From Hormiphora californensis (Eukaryota; Animalia; Ctenophora): 64,000 bases of DNA. The position numbers were made by a program, and so were the translations under genes. Positions 10,301 to 30,300 of the stretch are shown one piece after another. The notes below the pieces were generated by a model, which saw only the letters and a program-made list of their open reading frames with translations, did no database searches and was not told where the DNA came from. Every line of letters starts with the position of its first letter. Position 1 is the stretch's first letter. The stretch covers positions 4,774,001-4,838,000 of the forward strand of contig CM035355.1 of NCBI GenBank assembly GCA_020137815.1. Reading direction: 5' to 3'.

Positions 10301-13300
10301 TCAAAACTCTCAGCTACCCTGAAAATCGCCAATGAGGCATGAGATTCTTGCGGCAGCCCCCCCCCCTTATAGGCACTTATACGCACGCTGATTATCTCGT
10401 CGTGTATATCTCTCTTGCCTCGTTAAGTTTTGAGGATGAGAGAAATTATTAATTAGTGGTTTAGCACGGATATATTCTCAGTTAGAAATTATTAAGACTT
10501 GAAGAACTTTAAGTATCTTATCTTGAGCTCGATAGTATGTTCTAACCCGCAGTAAGAACTAAGAGAGGGTCGAGCACTCGACCAAGGCAACCTAACATTT
10601 GATCCTAGTCATACACACAACTTATTGGTGGTCAGAGTTAATACTGCTCTTTATTTTCCTACTCAACACTCCAGCTCTCTCTATCCCCATATTTATATCT
10701 TCAACTTTCCTATTGTCTGTTTATTATCTGTAAATTATATATCTTTTGTTTTGAGGAACAATGATCAAAATGGAATACAGAAAGGGAATTAGTTGACGTA
10801 CTTTGAAACTGGTGAATCTAGAGACAGCGTAAAACAATACAGTCGGACCCCGATTTAGCGGCACCCCGATTTAACGGCAGGATAAATTTCCCCCAATAAA
10901 TTTTTTGAAATTTTTTTGAAAATTTTTCAAAGGTGTATCAACTACGTCCGAATCGTGTTTCGAATCAATGCATCTTATTGCATGTCTTGCCGGTAATTAG
11001 ACGGTTCGAAACGAACAGATATGTGATCCCCATGAGGCCCATCGAATCACAAGTTTACTAAGCGTCAAAATTGCGATTCGATGGGGATCACGTATCGGTT
11101 TGTTTCAACCGTCTAATTAGCGACAGGACGTGCGATAAGATGCACTGATTCGAAACACGATTCTAACATGGTTGATAAACCTTTGAAAAATTTTCACAAC
11201 TTTTTTTGCAAAATTTTACAGAATGATTGTCAATGCTTTGATCGGTGCTTTGATCGGTGCTCCCCATGAATTTTCAGAGAAAAAGACATTTTGAAATTCA
11301 AATTCTTCCTCACAGTGACCCGATTCGGCATGGTATCACGTATCGGTTCGTTTCGAACCGTCTAATTAGTAATTAGCGACAGGACATGCGATAAGATGCA
11401 CTGATTCGAAAAACGATTGGGACGTGGTTGATACCTTAGAAATATGTTCATAACTTTTTTTGAATTTTTTTTCTTTTTCTAATCAGAAATGATCATATAT
11501 AATCAATTCATGGACATTGCATTTTGATTTAACACTTAGAGGTGTTTTAGTATAGCATTTTGGAAAAAAATAGAGTTTTATGGGCCGAATATGCTCTACC
11601 CCGATTTAACGGACACCCCGATTTAACGGACAAAACCCTTTCCCCCGAGGGTGCCGTTAAATCGGGGTCCGACTGTATATATATTATGATCATCTATCTC
11701 CGATTATCTTGACGGTTGACCTCCGTCCTCCGAAATCAGAGGCAGACCGGAAAAAAGAGGAAGAGAAACAGAGAAGGGTGAGTCTTGTGTTCCTTTATTT
11801 ACACATTACTACGGAGCAAAACCAAGTTTGATCGATAGTTTGAAATCCATGTTAATTATACATTAATTTGGCCGATCAGCTGTTTAAAAATGCTCATTGA
11901 TACACAAATCAAGTTTCTACAAATAAATGCTTATTTCTTCTTTTTGCCCGTGAGTGCCTTTCGTATGTTTCCCTCAACAACTAGATTCAACAGCGGGTAA
12001 ATCCATGGGACGGAGTGGTAGAGAAATATAGAAATGTCTTCTAGGATAGTCATTACTGATTTGTTGCTCCTATAGAAATGCGAATACCAGTGCAAATTGA
12101 TTCTCGTCGCTAGTGCTGCGAACATTGATATGCAAAGATTTGGTAGCCATGGCAACAGTGTGAAAACGGTGATTAAAATTCCTCTTTTCGCCAACTTTTG
12201 ATCTTGTCGCCTATCTCTTGATTGATTCCGTTCGTTTCTAATACCATGAGCCACTCTTCTTGTCGCGGATAGTTTTCTGGCAATGGCCACGAAAGCTGCG
12301 ACGGTGAGTCCAACTGCAGTTGAATTGAGGATGAAAAATATCACCACTATTAGAGTTTCCTCAGCAGACCCAGATAACCAGTATCGCTTACAGTACTGAT
12401 AAAATGCAACCTCACTTCGCTGGTAGGGGAATATGTCCGCTTTGATAACATTCTCAAACAGATCAGATACATTTAACCGTTCCAATATGTGTTTGGTATG
12501 TTCTGGGAACAGGGTGAAATAATGACAGATCATGATGGGAAGATGAATTGTCCAGACTAACATTGTGCCCAGAATCAAATATTTTAGCGACTTTCCACGG
12601 TTGTAGAATAGCGGGTTACAAATAAAATACGCCATCTGAGAATTAGGGGTGATGATTAAAATAATATTAGATTCAAACTTTAATTGAGCTATGAAAGGTA
12701 GTTACAAGTCAATTTTCAATAGATAACTATAGCATGTACCTCTACGTTAACAAGTGTAGAACTATAGATGATTCCATAAACTATGTAGTAACTCAGGATC
12801 CGTGCAGTGACACACCATTCAAAGGGCCCAGGCCACTTCCTCTCGACCAGGGATATGGTATAGAAAAGATGGAAACCAATACCATAGATCAGGCCAAAAA
12901 GGGATGCAGTGAAGAGTGTGGCTACTGCAGGGTTCTTTGATACTTTTACCTGAGCATGAAATATACAAGAATCAGCCTGTTTGTCTGACTTCGGCCCGGC
13001 GACTGGCGAGATAAGATAGTCTTATACGAGACATTAATCTGCCCGATAGTTTGTTAAGTATAGAAAACACGAGTTACCTTTGAAATAATGACTGCCAATA
13101 TTATAGAGTTGAGGAGGATTGTCAGTGTTGCACATGAGCCTTCGTAGATTACCAATGTCCAGCGAGTCGTGTTATCCATAGTTTCACTCATTTCTAGAAA
13201 TTACAAAGCAACCGATCAATAAACGGTTCCATAGTTCCATAGTTTTATGTACTGTTTGATACAATATCAAAGGTTATCAAGACTGTTAAAACTGTAAACT

Positions 13301-13633
13301 GTGTCCGATTACACTGGCAACCGGTATCAACGACAATGTAAAAACAGTCGATGGGGGCTGACTATAACTCTCAACGCATCTAGCCTCTGCGAAGTGCGAA
13401 CAGGCAACAAGTCATGGTGTTGCACTGCACGGAACCCTCCAGCTCCGATTCCTTGTTTAACTGGCCGTACAGCAAGGATCTCGGCTGGATTCGTCTCAGA
13501 CTAGGCACATATTTCAACACGATAGTAGCAGGAGGGATCAACACAAAAACAGAGGACATTGACTAACAGAATCATAATCAACACCTAGTTATAGATATAT
13601 TTTATCGAACTGTCCACATGTGTAGTTGTCTTC

Positions 13634-13718
<85 letters not shown>

Positions 13719-15841
13719 CTCTCTCACCCTCCTCTCTCTCTCAATCCTCAAGCCATGAGCTATTAGGCCACTTATAGGCACTTATAGGCACGCGGATTAT
13801 TTCGTCGTGTATATCTCTCTTGACTCGTTAAGTTTTGAGGATGAGAGAAGTTATTAATTAGTGGTTTATCTAGCACGGATATATTCTCAATTAGAGAGCT
13901 TGAAGAATTTAAAGTATCTTATCTCAAGAGTCTAGCTCGATAGTATGTTCTAACCCGCAGTAAGAGAGGGTAGAGCAAGGCAACCTAGATCCTAGTTATA
14001 GTCATACACACAACTTATTGGTGGTCAGAGTTAATACTGCTCTCTATTTTCCTGCTTAACGCTCCAGCTCTCTCTATCCCCATCTTTCTATCTTCAAATC
14101 TCCTATTATCTGTATATTCGGGGGGGGGGGGGGGGGTCAACCCAACTGTATCAGACATCCATGGTGGTTAGGGTGGGTGGGTCCCGAAGGGACCCAGACA
14201 GTTAAAATTTTGGAAATTTGGGTCAAAATTTGGGAATTTTGGGTCCTGAAGGCACCGCGTTGCCCAATTTTTGCGTGCTATGATTTTGGTCAGGCATCAC
14301 ACCTACAATTTTGGGTTTCGCGCAAACCATTTTTGGGGGTGGGTCCAAAAATTTGGGTAAGGAGACAGTTAGAGGAGGACCTCTAACTGTCAAAAATTTG
14401 CGATTTTTTGGAAAAATAGGTGCGGGTCTCAACTTTTGGGTGTCTGTGACAGATATATGTTCCCCAAAACGTCAAAAATGTGGGATTTTTCGGAAAATAG
14501 GGGGGTGGGTCCCAAAAATTGGGTTGTGAGACAGTTAGAGGAGGACCCTAACTGTCATAATCAAGGGGGGTGGGGTGGTGTTTTTCACCTGGGACAGTTA
14601 GGGGCATTTAGGGGCATGGATGTCTGATACAGTTAGGGTGATCCCCCCCCCCCCCCCCGGTATATTATCTATCTTTTGTTTTGAGGAACAATGATCAAAA
14701 TGGCATGCAGAAAGGGAAATGGTTGACGTACTTTGAAACTGGTGAATCTAGAGACAGCATGAAACAATTGTATAGACCGTAAAAACCACCGTTTTTTATA
14801 ATTTGTATATTATGATTATGATTATCTAACTCCGATTAAATCTTTACTTCCGTCCTCAAATTATCTTGACAATTAGCTAGGACCGGGGTCCGGGCTTACA
14901 GGACGGATTACGGGGTCGGGATGATCGAGTCGGTAGAATGAGTTGGTAGAAATTGTAGCTGCACAAAAAGTTTTTCCAAAATCCAAGCTAGGACCTAGGT
15001 TACCAAGCTATTACCTAGGTACCTTGATAAACACCTCTCTAACCCAACTTTTCATTTCAGTACGCTGAACGTGGTTACTCGTCTCCCTCCGACTCAGAAT
15101 CGTCTGCAGAGGTAACACCTAAGCCCCTTGTTCCCCCGAGTATAATCGACCCTGACTTTAGCACCTCAAAGTGGCAATATTCTTGCTTGCCCTGTCACAC
15201 TTATCTGAGGAGCTGGCGCGGTCCGCCGCACAACTTTAAAGATAGAGATCTTGGCGCGAAATACGCGCAGCTGTACAGAATATAAATTGGCCGCGCGCAT
15301 CCTCCTTGTTTCTGTTCGTCAGACCACCCGACTTGACTCGTCTTGTGACCCCGGTTTTGGGGAGATGACTGCCTTCAAAAGCCTATCTGACCTAGTTATC
15401 GGTTCCTAATTCTCTCCCTCATTTTCAGGAAAGTGGATCGGAGGAAGATGATGAGGAAGGAGAGGAGAAAGAAGCGAAGGCTAAGGGTGTAGAAGGACTG
15501 ATAGAGATCTCCAATCCCAACAGGGCACGAAAGGGCCAAGTGAAAACTGAGGCCGTTGCTGGTCAATCGGCCCAACTAACTCGACGACAAAAGTGAGTGT
15601 TTAAATCAAAAAAAGTAAAAACGCCCTTTTTTAGCTTAGCCATATTCAGTCCTCTGTAAACAAGTCAATGCTAACTCCACCTCATATTTTCAGAGAGGAA
15701 CTAGCCCGACAAAACTACCAGAAGCTGCAGCTTGAATGCAAGACGGAACAAGCTCAGAAGGATCTGGCCCGACTAGCCCTCATTAGGAAACAACGGGAAG
15801 AACAGGCCGGCGGTTCTGGAGCTCCAGCCTTACCCAAATAG
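4367..15841 (+). CDS. PDAP1: 28 kDa heat- and acid-stable phosphoprotein; exons 4367-4474, 15061-15111, 15429-15592, 15694-15841 (10.6 kb intron 1)
   Basis: Spliced frame MGRGRGRPKFKGHSRHFTS..KGVEGLIEISNPNR..LTRRQKEE..KTEQAQKDLARLALIRKQREE matches PDAP1 motifs, and exon phases are consistent. Confidence 0.92.
4627..5906 (-). CDS. Divergent rhodopsin-like GPCR, copy 1; exons 5906-5808, 5682-5473, 5352-4627; nested in PDAP1 intron 1
   Basis: Seven hydrophobic segments; TM1 LLNS, WC before TM3, xxICNPLSY after TM3, TM6 WLP, TM7 YPLL followed by helix-8 IRKAL. Both introns are phase-0 GT-AG. Confidence 0.8.
6529..6980. mobile_element. MITE with G-rich TIRs (PIF/Harbinger-like); shorter version at the paralogous site 10171-10367
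   Basis: Termini AGGGGG..GCAAAAATCTCA / TGAGATTCTTGCGGCAG..CCCCCT. The empty paralogous site is at ~13760-13790. Confidence 0.6.
7594..8910 (-). CDS. Divergent rhodopsin-like GPCR, copy 2; exons 8910-8797, 8649-8440, 8319-7594
   Basis: Near-identical to copy 1; N-terminus MSETMDNTTRWTL carries an N-glycosylation sequon. Confidence 0.85.
8996..9605. mobile_element. Tc1/mariner-pogo-type MITE (TIR CAGTCGGACCCCGATTTA, TA target duplication)
   Basis: TA|cagtcggaccccgatttaccggg ... cccggtaaatcggggtccgactg|TA; absent at the paralogous site ~13255. Confidence 0.9.
10171..10367. mobile_element. Internally deleted copy of the G-rich TIR MITE
   Basis: TIR gggggggggctaccgcaaaaatctca / tgagattcttgcggcagcccccccccc; same insertion point as 6529-6980. 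Confidence 0.65.
10840..11675. mobile_element. Tc1/mariner-pogo-type MITE (CAGTCGGACCCCG family)
   Basis: Matching TIRs with TA flanks; empty (TA)n site at paralogous 7441-7460. Confidence 0.9.
11931..13191 (-). CDS. Divergent rhodopsin-like GPCR, copy 3; exons 13191-13078, 12949-12740, 12635-11931
   Basis: Same exon structure as copies 1 and 2; 7 aa shorter in ECL3, with several substitutions. Confidence 0.85.
13640..13742. repeat. (CT)n microsatellite; similar (CT/GA)n tracts at ~10030-10110, 16050-16140, 17178-17257, 18507-18545, 21595-21925, 63890-63985
   Basis: Directly visible dinucleotide runs. Confidence 0.95.
14119..14659. mobile_element. Non-autonomous DNA transposon with poly-G/poly-C TIR ends and a 7-bp target duplication (GTATATT)
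   Basis: gtatatt|cG(n)..aactgtatcagacatccatg ... catggatgtctgatacagtt..C(n)g|gtatatt; absent from paralogous sites ~7335 and ~10720. Confidence 0.8.
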
Positions 15842-16080
15842 TTTTGATTGTCCCGACACTCCCGTGCACAGAGTTATAGGAAAAAAAGAAGAAAAGAAGA
15901 GAAGAAAGACGTATTTAACTGTATACATTTGATTTGTATTTCAGGACAAAAAGATTTTGTGTCGTTTCCGGGTTTTGTGGTCAAAAGAAAATATTGGAAA
16001 TCGGAAAAATTTCATAAGACATATATTCCACTGACGCACGCACGCACACACACTCTCTCTCTCTCTCACACACTCACTCC

Positions 16081-16145
<65 letters not shown>

Positions 16146-16158
16146 TCTCCCTCACTCC

Positions 16159-24192
<8,034 letters not shown>

Positions 24193-24309
24193 GGCTAGTA
24201 GGGAAGATAGTTTTATTGGTATTTTGTGTGGCAGGATAAATAAATAAATAAAATTTCAACCCGTCAGAAATAGTTCCATGTAAACAATTAATCGCCATAA
24301 TAAAAACAT

Positions 24310-27300
24310 TCAAACAAAGTATTGGTCCAGCGCTTGTTCTTTGTTTTTCGGTTTCCTAGGGCCGCCCCTACCCCTTCTCTTTCCCCGGCCCCCTCGTCTC
24401 CTTTTGAATTGCTGTCTAGACAGTTCAACTAGAGATGATAGCTCAGGGGTACACACAACACATCCTGATTTCTTTGCCTCTCCAAATGGCGACTTGTCCT
24501 GCAATGATAGCACATATTTTGGTTTTGCACAATTACAATACACTTTCTTGTACATATTTAGGAACTATGATGTGGAACTATGTAATGATAGCACACTAAT
24601 TAAATGAGCGAAAATCCCCACAAATCTCATGTGCTTAAATTAGGGACGGTGGATGAGATTCTTGTAGCTGCCCCTAGTTACCTACCGGATTATACTCCAC
24701 GGTTACAATTGAGCTGGCACACATTTCACAATCAGTATCACTTGACACAGTCACCCTCACTGCTCCATTAAACAACTTTACCACACAGGTACAACCCTGT
24801 TCGGTACAGCTCATCCGCCAGGTAGGTCCTGATGGAGGGGAGGGAGGGGATTAGGACCTAACCAGGGGTTAGGGGGCAGGGGTACTGGGTGATAATAGCT
24901 TGGACCTGATGAATGGAGGGCGGCCGGCGGGGGTAAGAACAGTTAGGGGGTGGAGGACCTAATGTGGGGAATGGAAGGGGGTAGGTTTAATTATAATAGC
25001 TAGGACCAGATGGGGGAAGGGACCGGGTGAATGATGTTTGTTAGTTAGGACCTGATGTCAATGTGGGGTGGGGAAACAATTGTCTCTGTCAATCGATCGA
25101 TCTCCCTCTTTGTACCTCTCTCCCTATCATCTGGCCCGTGCTCATAAGCGGGAAGCAGAAAGATTGCTGCTTCGTGGACAGTTATCAGACCTTCGTAATT
25201 GATACACGTGCTATCAAGATGTCGGGAGCCAATGAAAAAAGCGGAGAAAAACAGCTCATGGCAGCTAGCAATCTCTCTAACCTCTTTCTCCCACCATCTC
25301 TCTAACAACTAGAGTTATTTCTCTCTATCAGACCGTGTTATCATTATCACGGGAGCCAATAGAAAAAGAGCACAACATTTCAACAAAATCAGCTAATGTG
25401 TGACACGTGTACACGTTTCTAATAAACGAACTTGATCTATCTGCATTCATTTCGTTGTAGCCTTTCCTGAAGATGTTTCTCAAGCGATCGCTCTTTGCTC
25501 TTCTGGCGATTCATTCTGTCATTTCCACAGGTTGGTAATTTTTTGTTGTTGTTAAAATCAAGTATAAAATCAATTTCGTATCGCAGTTTTGTACGCCAAC
25601 CCTGAGAATTGAATTTTCAGATTGGACATATCTTGATGATCCGGATGATTAAGATGCCTACCTTCCCTGGGACTTGGAATCAACTCCCATTCAAATCAAT
25701 TCCACATCTTCCCTTGGAAGTGGTGATCTTATCCGTCTTGCAATCTTCAACTCAACTGAATATCACATTGGCGGCGTCAACATCTACTTCAACTCCGTCC
25801 TTCAGTATAAACTTGGTTACTGCACTTCTGATCCTATTGACTTTGCGGTTCAATTTGGTGACTTCACGATATGGACTATCGAAAAGAGCAACACTTCCAT
25901 GACAATCACGTGTAATGGTCTCAAAGTAGCGGAGTTAGTGTTTGCAGAGTTAGAAGGAGCATATTGTGTTAGTCAATATGGAGGTGATGTGGTTGGTAAG
26001 ATCGCGTTTTCGTTTAACGGAAAGACCGATACAGCAACTAATGCGTATAGAGCATTGCCAACAGGTAATGATAATTAGAGAGCCGACTTTACCTACAAAA
26101 GTAACAACAATTTAAATCTAACCCCATAAATCTACTAACAAAACTAACCCTACCATCATGACCCCTATCACTATGATCCCCCACAGTCTGCCCACCATTA
26201 AAGGTTGAAGGATCGACACAGGAAGTCTGGGGTGAAGGTGGGGTGAAGCCTGGTGATGTCATTGAGGTGGAATGTAAGTGGAAGAACGTGCTAGATAGTG
26301 TAGCGATGTGTACACGTGATAATGTAACAGGGGATCTCGTCTGGGAAAGTGATGGGATAGCACCCTTGTGCAGAACACTTGGTAAGTAGTACTTAATGTA
26401 AGTGCAGAGGTGAGTACTGGGAGTGTTTGGAAAAATAGGGTTAAATTTGGGAACCTGCAATACAGTCAGGGCAAGACTATTGCAGGAGAACTAATCCGTT
26501 TGTCTATTCGTTTGTCTGTTATTTCAGGAGGCATTCGGATCTGCTTCAGAGTTGTAATCGGAGGTGCCCTATCCTTCCCCTTTCCCGTGTCGAGCAGACA
26601 ATTCTAGCATAGCAATTCCTTACTACTTCCCTTCCTAGGGCTATTATAGCAGGGGGGCTGCTGATGCAGTTGAGCTGACTTTTGTTTGTAGCATGAGGGC
26701 TGCTGGCTTTGTTATCCCGATTTATAGTCTGTTATTTAATTTCAGCTAACAAGTTGTTTTCCAGAAGTTTATGTGTCCCGTTTTTCCTTAGGCTTTTTTC
26801 AATTTTTTGGAGTATATAATCAGTAGATGTGTCTATTTTGTTCTAAGTGAGTCAGGATATTAACTATCTTGGTGTACCGCTCTGAATCTGGGCAGTGTTG
26901 GACTCATGTCAATGATTCAGCCCTGTCTGGACTGAGCGGTATACTAAAAACCCTTTATTATTATTATTATTATTATTTCCTACCTGAGTTTGTCTGTTTG
27001 TTTGTCTGTCCTCCCTACCTGAGTTTGTCTGTTTGTCCTCCCTACCTGAGTTTGTCTGTTCATTTAGCCCCCCTACCTGAGTTTGTCTGTTCGTCTGTCT
27101 TCCCTACCTGAGTTTGGATCAAGAACGAGTTCCCCATCTTCACATATCTGACATGCGGTGATGGAGAGCTGTGGTGCTGCGTTAGGGCATGTTGGGTGGG
27201 GGCACCGGTTACAACCCGCGTTCTTGGGCATCTCCTCAATCTGAGTAATAGAGGTGCAATATATTGGTCATATATGACCATGAGCCATGAGGAAGTATGA

Positions 27301-30300
27301 TTTTCGTTAGAAAAAAAGAAAATAGAAGATTGCATGATCATTGATCACTGCCAGAAATGGTGCAAACACAAGATGACCACTGATTGGAACGTTCGCAGGA
27401 ACAGTGGGCGAATAGTTTAACAGGGTGATGGTTTTTGGATAAGATTTCTTGAGGAAGAAAGAAGAAGAAGAAGTTTAGACTCACCTCTGGAAAGTTGTAA
27501 CAGTAGGGGCATAGGATAAAGGATTTACCTCCCGCATTGAATACTACCAGCTCGAATTGGTCCAATGGGCACCTGTTACCCTGGCGATAGGGAGAAAGAA
27601 AAAGGTTAGTGAAAGCTGAGAGATTAGTGAAAGCTGAGAGATTAGTAGAGAAATTAGCACGATATTAGCACGATATGCTATAACGAGAAGTTGGAACGAG
27701 AGGTTGGAAGGAAATGCTAGAACGAGTAATCGAATTCATCAATATTTAATGTTGACACAACTAATACCTGGTAGAGTTTAATGCTTCCGCCCTGCGGTAA
27801 CTTGTACGTTTCGTCACAATTTTTACAGTGCAATCGAGTTGGTCTCTGGTTGATCAGTTTCATGTACCTGCGAGAGGGTAAACGTTTGAAATTTCTAAAA
27901 TTAAACTGACTGAATCGAATGAAAATGCATTCGCTGTGATCACTGATCAGATAGAGGGTCGAGCAAGAAAAATTAAAACCACAGCACTACGTTATCCAAT
28001 CTAAATGAATAACACACACGTACCTTGTACACCGGCCACATTTGCTGAGAGGCTTCCCTGTCTCAGAAAGTTTAGTGAAACTGACTTCAAACAACTGGTC
28101 CATATACTCTGTATTCTCAACAAAATACCTAAAACAATTTCAGGTGATGTATTGGATCATTAAATTATTGTTTTTTCCCCAGAAAGTCACAAATTGTGTT
28201 CATTGAAACACGATTTTAAAACTAAATTTACTTCAACGAAGAAGTTTTTTCTATTATATACCTGAATTTAGCCTGAAAGGTGGCCACAGCATGAGCAAGA
28301 ACCATATCATAATTTGCCCTCCCAGTAGCTATCAAATCAAACTGTTTCTCTATCTGACTTCTCATGGTCGGTTTAACCAGATCAGGATCAATCCTCTGAT
28401 ACCCGTGTACCAGCAAAATTCCCAGAGTATTTGGAATTAACCGCCGTCCCGAACCAATTGTAACAAAGTTCCGTTCACAAATGTTGTTGATGTGCACGGG
28501 GATGGAAGCATCAGTTCCAACGCCATGTTTTTCCATCAAGGTGATGAGATCAGACTCGGTCAGATGATCCGGAGGTGAGGTTTCCTTCTGGTTCAACCTC
28601 GGCTCTCTAATCGGCCATCTTTGTCCCTTTTTAAACTCAACCGGAGGCAGAGAATCTTCCATTTTATGGTGTAGAAGAACCTGAGTAAACCCCGGATCTA
28701 AGACCTTGTTCCCCGAACATGTAAACTCTTCCTCCCCCACTGTGAAAGTGATATCAACCTTCTCATAACTGCAATCAGGACTGAGAGAGGCGATGAAGTT
28801 CTGGGTGACTAGAGAGAATATCCTCCACCCTTCTGAACCCAGCTCAGCCTCACTGGCAGATCTCATCGGTGTGATAGGGGGATGATCACCGGCATCACTA
28901 CCCTTTCGAGGTGAGGTAATCCCAGTTGCAAGGAGCTGATTCACAAACCCGCCCCAGTGTGAGTTGGACTTCTGGGTTGACAGGGTTCCCTTTAGATCAA
29001 AATTAGCTGGGTAGGAGTTGGTCTCTGTCCGCGGGTAACTGATATACCCCGAGGTGTACAACCGCTCAGCAATGGCCATGGTATGTTGGGGTCCAATACC
29101 TAATCCCGCGCTAGCAACCCTCAACATCTCTACGGTGTTGAGTGCTTGGGGTCGCTGTTTTTTGTGGGTACTGTATTTTACATTCCTTACCACCGCTTCA
29201 TTTGACTGTTTTATAAGGAGAAGGAGAATGTGAGCGCACTTGCTGGTCAAAGATCCGACCCCTTGAATAGGAGAGAGGAATGTCTATACTGCTAATGATA
29301 CTGGTATCTATTACCCAGTATGGTTCGGGGGTGAAATGTCTGGATTTGATCGTGACGATCCACGCAGAATCCAAGAGTGGGCGTTTGGCAGGGTCCGTAG
29401 GATATCAGGTTGCTATCCAGATCACCAGTATTTACCCTGGAAGAACTTTGTCTGAAATCGGGTGAACGCACAAGCCCAGTTTCAAGGTCAAGGGCTTGTC
29501 GGGCATCTACGGACAGGGCTTCATTCTGATTCGGTCTTCCCAGATTACTGAACGCCCTTCTGATATCAACATCAGTGATTGCGGAGAACTTGGCCCTGTA
29601 AATATTGCTATCTCCCATCCTGTTGACTTGTTTCACGGCATCAATCACCTCATAACAAATGTTCTCCCCCTCTCGATCGCAATCCTAGCCATAGGACAAG
29701 GTAAGCAGGCATCCCTGGACTCCGCCTGAAGGTGGATCCACAATGTGTAGTTTTGGGTTGGACTCCTTTTGGATAGTCTTAGCGGTGAATAACTCCAGGG
29801 GATCCACCGCATCCCAGTTGTTGTACTTGGAACTGAAACACAGGGGGGGGTTAGTGAGCCACTGACGTAGCGATAAATTTGGGATATGTGTTGTATTTAA
29901 AACGAGAAATGAATGTCAATTGTGTGGACCTCTTGTTTGATGACGCAAAAAAATACAAGAACATTGGTTTGACTAAGAGCTTGAATATTTGCCCATTTGA
30001 CTGACTAAAGTCGAATTTTTTAATCAAGGGACAGGGGGCCGCACATTCAGAGGGGTCGCGCGGCTTTGTATTTGCGCGTGATAATCGAGATCAAGTTCCT
30101 GGCAATCTTAAGACTTGAACCCGGAAGCGTTGGAAAGATAATTTTAAGACCTTTTCAACGCAACCAAGACCAAGTCTTTATCTTATCAGGAACAGAAGAT
30201 ATGAGCGAAAACGTTTAGCACGCGCAAAAAGACTTTTGTAAATGCGCGGCCCCTGTCCCTTGATTAAAAAATTCGACTATAACAGATTTATGCACATACC

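Noticed and set aside
14880-14950. GC-rich stretch considered as a tRNA or SL RNA gene
   Set aside because: No cloverleaf, A/B boxes or leader-donor-Sm site arrangement could be identified.
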